A DNA stretch of 64,000 bases from Longimicrobiales bacterium (GCA_965198065.1 CBDAON010000004.1:640001-704000); one strand, 5' to 3'; counted from the stretch's first letter, positions 31,138-40,649 are shown. Notes: generated from the letters alone by a model not told the origin. Numbers and translations: made by a program.

Positions 31138-32190
31138 TGAAATCGTCATTCGGCCGAGGCTTTTCTCCAGGTGGTGCTGTCGGCCGCCCTCCTGGGGATC
31201 ACGGTACCCGAGGACGCCCGGGCGCAGCTTCGGGTGCTCCAGACCAACTCCCGCGGATCGAGCGTCCACCTGATCGATCCCGGGACTCAGCGAGTGGTTG
31301 GAGTGATCGAGGGGATCCCGGTCAACCACGGCGTGGCAGCCTCCGCGGACGGCCGCCGCATCTACGTCAGCAGTGAGGCGGAAGCCGCAGTGATGGTCGT
31401 CGACACCGAGTCCATGGAGATCATCCGGACGATCACGGTCTCGGCGCGGCCCAACAACATTGCGCTGACCCCCGACGGCACGAAGCTATACGTGGCGATT
31501 AACGCCCGGCCGGGTGCGGTGGACGTCATCGACACTCGCACGCTCGAAAACGTGAAGACGATTCCCCATCCCGGGGGTGTCCACAACATCTACGTGACTC
31601 CGGACGGGACCGCGGTCATCGCAGGGTCCATCTCGGGCGACCGGCTGACGGCGTACGACACGCGCACGGAAGAGGAAATCTGGGCGTGGGAAGGGGAGTC
31701 CATTCGCCCGATGGCCATCGGCTGGAAGCCGGACGGCTCGACGGACAAGATCTACATCCAGGTCTCGGGCCATCACGGATTCGTCGTATTCGACTGGGCG
31801 ACGAGAAGTGAGGTCACCCGCATCACGCTTCCGAGCGTGCCTGAGTCGGAGCGCTACCTGGGGGACGGCCAGGGCACCCGTTACAACGGAGCGCCCGCAC
31901 ACGGGATCGGGGTCTCTCCCGACGGGCGCACGGTCTGGTCGACGAGCCGGATGAACAGCCATGTGTACGTGTACTCGGTCTATCCGGAGCTGGAGCTTCT
32001 GGCCAGCATTCCAGTCGGCACGGACCCGGATTGGATCACATTCACGCCCGACAATCGCTTCGCTTACGTCGCCAACGCCGTATCCAGGAACGTGACGGCC
32101 ATCGACATGCGGACCTACCAGCCGGTCGCGACGATTCCCGTGGGGGAGGGACCGAAGCGGAATGCGGTGATCCGGCTTCCAGCGAGATAG
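31137..32190 (+). CDS. Exported YVTN/YncE-type beta-propeller protein; apparent +1 frameshift in the signal-peptide region
   Basis: YVTN-like repeats (DGRRIYVS, DGTKLYVA, FAYVAN). The ATG at 31137 has a GGAG RBS and TGATG overlap and is one base out of frame with the 31171 ORF at TTTT 31161-31164. Confidence 0.8.
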
Positions 32191-32198
32191 CTCTCGGG

Positions 32199-32603
32199 AT
32201 GATCGGGCGACGCGCGGCGCCCGGCGGGGAAACCGCGACCGGCGAGCGAGCGGGGCCCAGGCGGCTCGTCACTGCTCTCGTTCTTGCGGGCCCCGTCGCC
32301 CTGACCGCCTGCGGCGTCGCCCCAGTGACGTCGTCCCGCGGTCCCGCCCCCGGTAGCGCCGCCGCCGACAGCGCCCCTTCGGAGACCGTCGAGGGCGCCG
32401 CGATTCTCCAGCGCAGCTGCACGGAGTGTCACGGCCTCGGGGGGCTAACGGCCTATAGCGCGTACTGGGGCGAGCCCGAGTGGCGCTCGATGATCGAGAC
32501 CATGGTGGGCTATGGAGCCGTGCTGACCCCGGAGGAGCTGGACGTGCTGGCGCGGTACCTGGGCGTGAACTACGGGACCGCCAGTTCGGAACCGACGCGA
32601 TAG
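32199..32603 (+). CDS. Small monoheme c-type cytochrome lipoprotein
   Basis: Lipobox LTAC, CTECH heme motif, W..MI..MV.YGA.LT.EE...LARYL. Confidence 0.8.
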   Translation: MIGRRAAPGGETATGERAGPRRLVTALVLAGPVALTACGVAPVTSSRGPAPGSAAADSAPSETVEGAAILQRSCTECHGLGGLTAYSAYWGEPEWRSMIETMVGYGAVLTPEELDVLARYLGVNYGTASSEPTR

Positions 32604-32629
32604 GATCCGAGGGGTCGCTCGGGGGAGGA

Positions 32630-33083
32630 CCGCTTCCTCCCATCTCGCCGACGGACGCGCCGCCGGCACCCCTCCCCAGAGCAATTCCTCTTCGAGCAGC
32701 TCCCTCAGGTCGATCCCGCCGTGCCGGAGCCGGTCCCCGACTTCGTCTTCCACCGGTCCCTTCCCGACGACTTCGACGCCTGATCACCTCACCCCGAGGT
32801 CAGCGACACCCTCGGGCGCGAAGGCGCACTGATTGAGCAGGCGCCGAGATGAGCGGGAATCGCCCAAACCCGGCCGCCGGGGCTCGGGGGTTCACACCCC
32901 CCCCACCTATCCCAACATCTCTCCGACCGGTTTCTCCATTTCCCCATCAACCCCGTCCTGCCACAACACCTTCGCGTCTCTCGGCCCGCCCGGGTACCTC
33001 CACCCTCCCTCGTTTGCCCACACGACAGCCCCCGCCGTAGCTTCCTTCCCCGCATCGGAGCAGCGTTGGATTTCCTTTCCCTT
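32630..33083 (+). mobile_element. Relic 3' end of an IS91/ISCR-like element (transposase C-terminal fragment + oriIS-like end)
   Basis: PLPPISP..APP followed, in another frame, by QFLFEQLPQVDPAVPEPVPDFVFHRSLPDDFDA* (32682-32783). It ends in the repeat copy containing GCGTTGGATTTCCTTTCCC. Family call is from recalled motifs. Confidence 0.55.
33041..33083 (+). repeat. Direct repeat copy 1 (43 bp, 39/43 identical to 36994-37036)
   Basis: cttccttccccgcatcggagcagcgttggatttcctttccctt. Confidence 0.9.
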
Positions 33084-33145
33084 CCGGGTGGCTGCACGTT
33101 CGCGCTTGGCGGTACCGAGTAGTGTAGCCGTTTACCGGAGGTCCT

Positions 33146-34273
33146 TTGACGGGCTGGCCAACGGTCAAGATTCTAACGGTCCTCGGGGCACGCCCACAGT
33201 TCATAAAGGCGGCTTCAGTCACGAGGGTCCTGCGCGCACGCGGCTGGTCGGAGATCATCGTTCACACGGGTCAGCACTACGACGACCGTATGTCAGCCGT
33301 ATTCTTCCGCGAACTGGATCTGCCCGAACCGGACATCAACCTCAAGGTCGGCTCGGGCACGCACGCTTGGCAGACTGCCCAGATGCTGGCTCGGCTCGAG
33401 CCCATCATCGAGTCCGCGTCCCCGGATGTGGTTCTGCTCTACGGCGACACCAATTCGACGCTGGCGGGCGCGCTGGCGGCCTGCAAGCTGGGCGTTCTGG
33501 TGGTCCACATCGAAGCGGGAATGCGGTCGTTCAACCGCAGGCAGCCGGAGGAGCACAATCGGATCGTCACGGATCACCTCTCGGATGTTCTCTTCTGCGC
33601 GACGCAGACGGCTATGAAGAACCTGACCAGGGAGGGTCTGGAGGGTCGAGCGTACCTCGTTGGTGACACGATGCTCGACGCGCTCCTGCACTACATCCCG
33701 ATGGCAGCGTCGCGATCATCGATCCTGGATGAGCTGGGGCTGACGCCGCAACAGTATGTATTCGCTACGGCGCACCGGTCCTACAACGTTGACGATCCAG
33801 ATCAGCTGGCCGCGATTGTTGCCGCGCTGCAGTCCATAGAGGGGGAAGTGATATTCCCGGTGCATCCCAGGACGCGTGCCCGACTCGAGGCCGCCGGCAT
33901 CGTGGTCGATTCACAGGAGAGGGGGCTACGCATAGTCGAGCCGTGTGGCTACCTCGACGCGCTTCAGCTGGAGCGGCATGCGCGAGCCATCGTGACCGAC
34001 TCCGGCGGTGTCCAAAAGGAAGCGTACATGCTTGCCGTGCCGTGCATCGTGATCCGGCCGGAGACGGAGTGGCCCGAGACGCTCAGCGATGTCTGGGGCC
34101 AGCTGGCCGATGTGCGTGACCCCGGGTTCGCGGATCTGATCGCAGCCTGCCAGCCGCTGGTACCGCCTTTGCCGGCGATCTTCGGCGACGGCCAGGCCTC
34201 GGGGCACATCGTGGACCGTCTGGCAGAGGCGATCGCCTCGTCGCGGTCGATTCCACCTCCGAGAGAACCGTAA
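33146..34273 (+). CDS. wecB: UDP-N-acetylglucosamine 2-epimerase (non-hydrolysing)
   Basis: GARPQFIK, HTGQHYD, GDTNSTLAGAL, HIEAG.RS and TDSGGVQKEAY motifs. GGAGG precedes the TTG start. Confidence 0.95.
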   Translation: MTGWPTVKILTVLGARPQFIKAASVTRVLRARGWSEIIVHTGQHYDDRMSAVFFRELDLPEPDINLKVGSGTHAWQTAQMLARLEPIIESASPDVVLLYGDTNSTLAGALAACKLGVLVVHIEAGMRSFNRRQPEEHNRIVTDHLSDVLFCATQTAMKNLTREGLEGRAYLVGDTMLDALLHYIPMAASRSSILDELGLTPQQYVFATAHRSYNVDDPDQLAAIVAALQSIEGEVIFPVHPRTRARLEAAGIVVDSQERGLRIVEPCGYLDALQLERHARAIVTDSGGVQKEAYMLAVPCIVIRPETEWPETLSDVWGQLADVRDPGFADLIAACQPLVPPLPAIFGDGQASGHIVDRLAEAIASSRSIPPPREP

Positions 34274-34278
34274 CGGGC

Positions 34279-36034
34279 ATGGCGGGGGCCCTGTACCTCG
34301 GCATCAATCTGATGATGGATCCATCGGTCGCGCTGGTGTCGGATGGCGTGGTCCTGGCTTACTCGGAAGAGGAGCGCCACACTCGCATCAAGCACGCGGC
34401 CGGACTGTATCCGCGCCGGGCCTTGAAGTGGTGCCTGAGCCGCGCCGGAGCGACGCTGCAAGACCTGGAAACCGTATCCATTAACTGGGACCTGGAGGCC
34501 TACACCGACGGGCGGATGGCCGCGTTTTACGAGTCGATGCGACGGCGCTACCCGGTGGACGCCGCCACGATCACGTTTCAGCAGCGCAATCTGCGAACGC
34601 GCGAGCTCGGCCAGTATCGCAGGATGCATGAATTTCGAGTGGCGTCGGCTTTTCGCGGAGCCCCGCTTTCCGCGCATATTGGGCTACCCTCACCATTATA
34701 TCCACGCGTTCCACGCGTTCCAGCAATCGCCGTTCGACGAGGCCATCTGCGTCACGGTCGACGGCTCCGGCGATCAGCACTGCACGGTGATCTGGAAGTG
34801 CGGGCACGATGGGATCACTCCGGTGCAAGAGCACGTCATGCCCGACTCTTTGGGCTGGTACTACGCGGCATTCACGGAATACCTCGGTTTCGCGGCCTAT
34901 GACGGTGAATACAAGGTCATGGGGCTCGCGGCCTACGGCGAGTCCGATGCCGCGATCGCGGAGTGCGTCGCGCGAGTGCTGCAGGTGGATGCGGAGAGCG
35001 GTACCTACACGGTCCAGCCCAACTACATTCACTACGGACAGCATTCGTATTCGACACGTCATACCGATGAGCTCGCGGTGGTCATGGGGGCGGAGCCCCG
35101 CCGGCCCGACGAACCCATTACGCATTGGCACGAGAACGTCGCGTTCGCGGTCCAGCGGCGACTGGAGGAGGCCGTTCTCGCCATCCTGATGCCGGTGGTG
35201 CGTAAAACCGGGATTCACAAGGTGTGTCTATCGGGTGGGGTCGCTCTGAATGTGAAGCTGAACAGTCGGATCTTCAGTCACCCCGAGATCGAGGACGTCT
35301 TTGCGCATCCGCTGTGCGCCGACTGCGGAGCGGCGGCCGGCGCCGCGCTGTTCGCGTGCTATCGAGAAACCGGTTCCAAACCGGAACGCCTGCGCTCGCT
35401 GGCCCTCGGGTACGAGGAACCCGAGGACACCATCGAGAGGGTCCTCGAGCAGACGGGAGTGCTCTACGAGCGACCGCCGGACATCTGCGCCGCGGTCGCG
35501 GAGGAGCTTGTTCAGGGTCGGGTTGTCGGCTGGTTCCAGGGACGGATGGAAGCTGGCCCGCGCGCGCTCGGGCAGCGCAGCATCCTGGTCGATCCGAGGC
35601 GGGCCGAGAACCGCGATCGGGTGAACGCAGTCGTGAAGTTCCGAGAATACTGGAGACCTTTCTGCCCGTCCATCAGAACGGAAGCCATGGCGCGATACTT
35701 CGATCGCTACACCGAAGCACCGTTCATGATCATCGCGTTCGATGCGAACGATCGTTTACGTCGTGAGGCTCCCGCGATCGTGCACGTAGATGGTACGTCG
35801 CGTGTACAGGCCGTGCGGGAGGCGGACCATCCACTCTACTACAAGCTGCTGACCGCGTTCGAGGCACGAACGGGCGTACCGGTCGTCTTGAACACGTCAT
35901 TCAACGTCAAAGGCGAGCCGATCGTACGCACGATCACGGATGCGCTAAGAACCTTCTGGTCGACCGGTATCGAGGTCCTGGCAGCTGGTGGTTTCATCGT
36001 GCGTAAGCCTGGTCTCGACAATCGCGGGGGATGA
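34279..36034 (+). CDS. NodU/CmcH-family carbamoyltransferase, split by an apparent +1 frameshift near 34633
   Basis: N-terminal EEERHTRIKH, then HH..HA, DGSGD, EYKVMGLAAYG, GPRALGQRSI, KFREYWRPFCP and LNTSFN. Removing one T from AATTTCG joins the two ORFs. Confidence 0.9.
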
Positions 36035-36073
36035 CGCGCTGATCCGTAGGTTTGAGCGTGAGAGGAGACCACG

Positions 36074-36892
36074 TTGTCGCGAGCGTTCGAGTACGATAGC
36101 TACCGGGAGCTCCTGCGGGAGGCTCTGCATCAGGGCAAGCGAGTGGTCGCCTTTCGAGACATGCCGGATTCCGATCCGTTTCTTCTGCTGAGGCACGACA
36201 TCGATTTCTCGATCGAACGCGCCCTCGTCATGGCAAGAATCGAGGAGGCGCTGGGTGTCACCGCAACCTATTTCGTGCTGCTCTCGGCGCCCTACTACAA
36301 CGCGCTGGAGGCTCGCAGCCTGCGAATGCTCCGCGAAATCGTCAGTGCGGGTCACGAGCTTGGACTTCACTACGAGGTGGTGAGTCTCGAGGGGGTCGCC
36401 CGGGATCGCTGGCAGGGCGTGGTCGAGGCGCAATGTGGCGCTCTGAGCGCGGTACTCGAGGTGGAGATCGGCACGGTCGCGCAGCACAAACCGACGCGCG
36501 CGGGGGTGCTCTGGGCACCCCGTGGCTTCCAGGACGCCTACGCGGACGAGTTCGTCGGGCGGATCCCCTACTTGAGCGATAGTCGGATGGTGTTCGACTT
36601 GGAGCAGGCGAGACGGGTGATGAGCTCGAATGCTCGGGTGCAGCTGCTGATTCATCCGATCTGGTGGAGTGAGCGGCCGCGGAATCGGGGCGAGGTGTTC
36701 GGGCAGCTGAGCGACGAGGTCACCGTGCGGCTCGACCGCCAGCTGACCGGCGAGCACGAGGCGATCGAGGCGCGTTTGGACGAAGCCATAGGATCGGGTC
36801 CCCCGCGTGGGAGACCGCCGGTGCCGTACCGAGAAGCCGCGGTTGGCACGTGCCGAAGTGGCTCGGATAAGGCGAGAACCCCCTGGACTTAG
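36074..36892 (+). CDS. Polysaccharide deacetylase-like protein
   Basis: LLRHDIDF, ATYF, GHELGLH, YLSDS and QLLIHPIWW motifs. The C-terminal tail reads into the IS relic. Confidence 0.75.
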   Translation: MSRAFEYDSYRELLREALHQGKRVVAFRDMPDSDPFLLLRHDIDFSIERALVMARIEEALGVTATYFVLLSAPYYNALEARSLRMLREIVSAGHELGLHYEVVSLEGVARDRWQGVVEAQCGALSAVLEVEIGTVAQHKPTRAGVLWAPRGFQDAYADEFVGRIPYLSDSRMVFDLEQARRVMSSNARVQLLIHPIWWSERPRNRGEVFGQLSDEVTVRLDRQLTGEHEAIEARLDEAIGSGPPRGRPPVPYREAAVGTCRSGSDKARTPWT

Positions 36893-37036
36893 AAAGACGG
36901 ATGCCAGGAAATGCGGGTCAGCAGACCGATCCCCCCACCGTCAGGTGATCCTCTTCCACCTCGACCTCCCTCACCCGATCGCCCCAGCTCGCACTTCCTT
37001 CCCCCTATCGGAGCAGCATTGGATTTCCTATCCCTT
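36845..37036 (+). mobile_element. Second, more eroded IS91/ISCR-like relic (transposase C-terminal fragments + oriIS-like end)
   Basis: Frameshifted fragments ARI..E.PL / CQEMRV / TDPPTVR / ILFHLDLPHPIAPAR run directly into repeat copy 2, which contains GCATTGGATTTCCTATCCC. Confidence 0.6.
36994..37036 (+). repeat. Direct repeat copy 2
   Basis: cttccttccccctatcggagcagcattggatttcctatccctt. Confidence 0.9.
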
Positions 37037-37097
37037 TCCGTCTGGCACCTTCGAGCCGATCCGCCAGATCCTCGCACAGCGCTCGGGAGTTCTGCCG

Positions 37098-37883
37098 CTA
37101 CCCACTCCTATCACCTCGCCGCTCGACTCTTTCGATCATCTCCACATAACCGGCCACGACCCGAGTCTCCCACCCGCCGCCGAGGGCGTCACCGACTCCG
37201 AGCACATCAACGAATAGCGTCTGGAACGCCGCGAGCCTCTCGCGAGGAAGCGACAGCAGCACCTGCTTCTCGAGCCCTTCGATATCCAGCTTCATGACCA
37301 AGTCGCTCGCGTGGAGGTACGCGATGGCCTCGTCCACTATCTCCGCTAATGGCCTGACCCCGACGCGAATCACTTGATCCGACCGCGGGTGTGGCAACAA
37401 TGAGCTGTACTTCCCGTCGGACGAAACGTGGAAGTCCCGCTCCCCGGTCTCACCCACGCCGCAGGCCCCGGCGACGATGGTCGCGCGATCCGCGTACGGC
37501 GCGAGATTCTCTCTCAGGTACGTGAGGTTCGCCGGATCTGGCTCGACGCAGAAGATCCTGTTGCCGCGATGCCGAGACAGGAAGTAGAGCGCACTGATCC
37601 CAACGTTCGAGCCCACATCGAGGACGCCGCACGGCCGTTCCCCCGACAGCGGGTAGTCCTGCCTAACGAAGATCGAAAAGAACGTGCGCGCCGCTTCGTG
37701 GTTGCGCAGATGGACTGAGACCGCGCCGATTGGGGTGCGGGTTCGGAGCGTCGGCGAACCGGATCCCGAGGCGAGGAACCACAGGTACGTGAGCGGATTC
37801 TCGACGACGAGAAACGTCCGCCAGGCCGCCCGACGGCTGTGGGGATTCGCGACAGCACGCAGGAATCGCCTTAGCCTCGACAT
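37098..37883 (-). CDS. FkbM-family methyltransferase
   Basis: LDVGSNVG, VEPDP.N...L..N and KLDIEG.E motifs. Confidence 0.88.
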   Translation of the reverse strand: MSRLRRFLRAVANPHSRRAAWRTFLVVENPLTYLWFLASGSGSPTLRTRTPIGAVSVHLRNHEAARTFFSIFVRQDYPLSGERPCGVLDVGSNVGISALYFLSRHRGNRIFCVEPDPANLTYLRENLAPYADRATIVAGACGVGETGERDFHVSSDGKYSSLLPHPRSDQVIRVGVRPLAEIVDEAIAYLHASDLVMKLDIEGLEKQVLLSLPRERLAAFQTLFVDVLGVGDALGGGWETRVVAGYVEMIERVERRGDRSG

Positions 37884-38019
37884 GGTTCTACGCCGGCAGG
37901 GCGCGCCTCGGCCCGGGACTACCCGGTACGCAGAATCCGCCTTGCATCCGGTCGGTGCAGCCTTTCCCTACCCCACCGCCCCGTGGCACTTCTTGTACCT
38001 TCCAGGGGTCCTGGCGCGG

Positions 38020-38134
38020 TGGTATCCAGGGGTACGAAAGGGCGCGGTTAAGCCCTTGTCGGGGTGTCGCGGGAGCTTACGTAGTGACACCCGTACCCCT
38101 GGATGTCAACGGGTTACGGCACAATTACGGCACA
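38020..38134. other. Structured inverted-repeat element plus tandem 10-mer (att/arm-site-like)
   Basis: Perfect 13-bp stem 38024-38036/38092-38104 encloses two hairpins; TTACGGCACA occurs at 38114 and 38125. Confidence 0.55.
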
Positions 38135-38248
38135 GTGGGGAGACCACACCTCCGCCCGCACCATTCATGAGGCCCTGAAGGGGCAGCATCGCCGCAGTGG
38201 TCGCACGCATGGTCTTGCCTCCCTGTTCAAGGTCGCTAGATGGACATC

Positions 38249-38489
38249 TCACCACGTAATCCCCGGCTCTTCGAGTAACGCCTGGTATCGGGGGTCGTCG
38301 CGGAGGAGGTCCGAGTGGTCCCCTGTTGCGTCGAATAAAGGCCCTGGCCTTGGTTCCATGATGCTCGCCAAGCCACCCGTTAGAAACGTCCAGGTGGGCA
38401 ATGTCGAGCGCGAGCACCTGCCAGGTCCCAGTCCCATGCCGTTCCCAGGGGCTTTCCCACCACCCGACGCGGCGACCGCCGCTTCGAAA
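38249..38489 (-). pseudogene. 3' remnant of a TPR/TolB-like or Ser/Thr-kinase-type gene truncated at the IS256 end
   Basis: Ends in DLLRDDPRYQALLEEPGITW*, resembling the 'D.LR.DPR(F/Y)Q.LL' C-terminal signature. No 5' part is present. Confidence 0.55.
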
Positions 38490-39923
38490 GAGTCAATCCC
38501 AAAGTTAGTTGAAACTGGAGCGGCCTCCGTCTCAGGCGACAGCATGTGAACGGCTCTCGGGAAGGGTGATCCCGAGGTCCTTCTGGATCGCGGCCCTGAG
38601 GAGCGGGAGGTGTCGGTACCCGAGCAACCTCCGGAGCCGTGACTAGATCTCCAGGAGCGTGGTCGCGAGCCATCGGTGCTTCTGGCTCGAGTTCTTCCAG
38701 TGGTCCACGCGTCCGCACCTCTGCTCGGCCAGGGCGTTCACGGACTCGAGCACGTTGGTGGTCTTGAGCGACTGGCCGACCAGGGGGAAGACTCCCAACC
38801 GGTGGAGGGTGAGGGTCTCCTCGAACCCCTCATCGAGACTGGCCGCCGCGGACTGGTTCACCCCCGCGAGCTCCTGGCGCAGGGCCTTGAGGTCCTTGAC
38901 GGCCTCTTCGTACGTGGGCCGCTGGTAGGCGCGCTGCAGACGCTGGCGCCAGCCCTTCTGCTCCGCTCTCGGCAGATACGAGATCACGTTCTTCCGCTTG
39001 TGCCACTGGCACCGCTGGATGAGCACCTGTCCCTTGAAGACCGCCAGGACGCCGCTCCGGAGACCGCGGGCTCCATCGATCACCACGAGCGCTCCGGCCG
39101 ACAGGTCGAGACCTCGGTCCTTCAGACTCCGAAGGAAGGATCGGATCACCACGGCGTTCTCCGTGTCGGTCTGGACGAACCCGAGGAAGACCTTGTCCCC
39201 CTTGGTCGTCACCCCGAGCGCGACGACCATCTCGTCCTCGGCAAAGCTCTTGCCGTCCAGGACGAGTGCCACCCCACGTCGTAACCCGAGAGGTCCCGCT
39301 CCTGAAACTCCTTCAGCTTCGCGGCCGTGGCCTTCTTGAACTCCCGCGAGACCGTCGACTTCGACAGCCCGATGGCTCCAGGCACCGCCTCGACCGCTGC
39401 CTCGTAGTCCCGGCACGAGATCCCGAGCAGCACCTTCCGAAACAGCCCCTCGTCCATCTCGCCGGGCGAGCCATGCAGCTGCTCATACGCCGCCAGCCTC
39501 GACTCTCCGGCCGGGCCTCGCACCCGCGGTACTCGCACCGGATGCCGCTGGCCGCCCAACCGCACCGACCCTGGGTTATGCCCATGCCGGCAATGTCGAT
39601 CGTCCTCGGTCTTCCTGGCGTGACGTTGCCCCGCCAGTTGCTCCACTTCCTCCTCGAGCATCCGGCCCACCTCCGCCAGTCCCAGCGGAATCAGCTGCCG
39701 GATCAGCTCCACCCGAGGGTCCAGCTCCAGCGCCTCGATCTCCTCCCAACTCACCTCCCTCGGTTCCCCGAGCCGCCGGTCCTTCTTGCCCCCGCTCGAC
39801 GAGCCTTGGCATCCTTCCCATCGGTGGCCTCCTTCCTCTCTTGTGATCCCGTGGTGTGGTCGCACACCCACGTTACCTGAGGTTGGAGGCCGCTTCAATT
39901 TCAACTAAAGATGGGACTCACTC
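38490..39923 (-). mobile_element. IS256-family insertion sequence (1434 bp) with imperfect terminal inverted repeats
   Basis: Left end gagtcaatcccaaagttagttgaaactggagcggcctcc matches the reverse complement of the right end, gagtgagtcccatctttagttgaaattgaagcggcctcc. Confidence 0.9.
38532..39821 (-). pseudogene. IS256 (Mutator-type DDE) transposase with two frameshifts and an in-frame TAG
   Basis: GISCRD, LSKSTVSR, LDG, VIDG..GL, QRCQWHK and TTN.LES.N motifs; AAGGAGG before ATG 39821. Breaks at C5 39789-39793, C4 39272-39275 and TAG 38643-38645. Confidence 0.88.
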
Positions 39924-39962
39924 GTCTGAAACGGTGATCACGATGCCGGGTACGCATCGCAC

Positions 39963-40648
39963 GTGACCGACCGTTACGTCACCGCTCGAGAGACGATGGT
40001 TCACGAGCAGGTCGCTGCCCGTGGAATTAACGACCCACGCGTCCTCACCGCCATGCGGGAGGTGCCCAGAGAGCTGTTCCTTCCCGCCGGCCTCGAGACC
40101 GACCCTGCTACTGTGTACCGGGACGCGGCGCAGCCTGTGGGGCGCGGGCAAACCCTGTCACAGCCGTACATGGTGGGGGCGATGAGCGAGGCCCTTCGGC
40201 TCTCGGAGCGGTCCTCGGTACTCGAGGTCGGTACGGGGACGGGGTACCAGACTGCGGTCCTCGCCCGCATCGCCGGCGAGGTCTGGACGGTCGAGCGCGA
40301 CCCGGTCCTTGCACGGGAGGCGAGGGCCCGGCTCAGCGATCTGGGGATCTCGAACCTGCGCTTCCGGATCGGTGACGGAACCCTGGGATGGGACGAGGGA
40401 GCCCCCCCTACGACGCGATCATCGTGACCGCGGGCGCTCCCGACGTGCCCCCGGCCCTCCCGGAGCAGCTCGCCCCGAACGGCCGACTGGTTGTGCCCGT
40501 CGGGCCCCGCTCCTGGCAGCGACTCCTTCGCTTCACGAAGGGGCCGGACGGAGTCATGGGGCTCCCCGAGGCCCTCATGGAGTGCCGCTTCGTTCCTCTC
40601 GTGGGCCGGGCTGGCTGGAAGAGCTGGAAGAAGGGCTGGGTCGTCTAG
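39963..40648 (+). CDS. pcm: Protein-L-isoaspartate O-methyltransferase; apparent frameshift at C7 (40402-40408)
   Basis: VPRELF, GQTLSQPYMV, LEVGTGTGYQ.A.L and GDG..GW; then, in the second frame, PYDAIIVTAG and CRFVPLVG. Confidence 0.9.
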
Positions 40649-40649
40649 G

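Noticed and set aside
37952..37975. Possible third oriIS-like copy (ggtgcagcctttccctacccc)
   Set aside because: The match to the 43-bp repeat is short and gapped, and cannot be distinguished from chance.
38020..38108. Structured element as a tRNA
   Set aside because: It has only two internal arms, an over-long closing stem and no TTCRA loop or CCA end.
38643..38645. In-frame TAG in the transposase as stop-codon recoding
   Set aside because: TAG terminates many ordinary genes in this window and the same gene has two frameshifts. A nonsense mutation or sequencing error is simpler.
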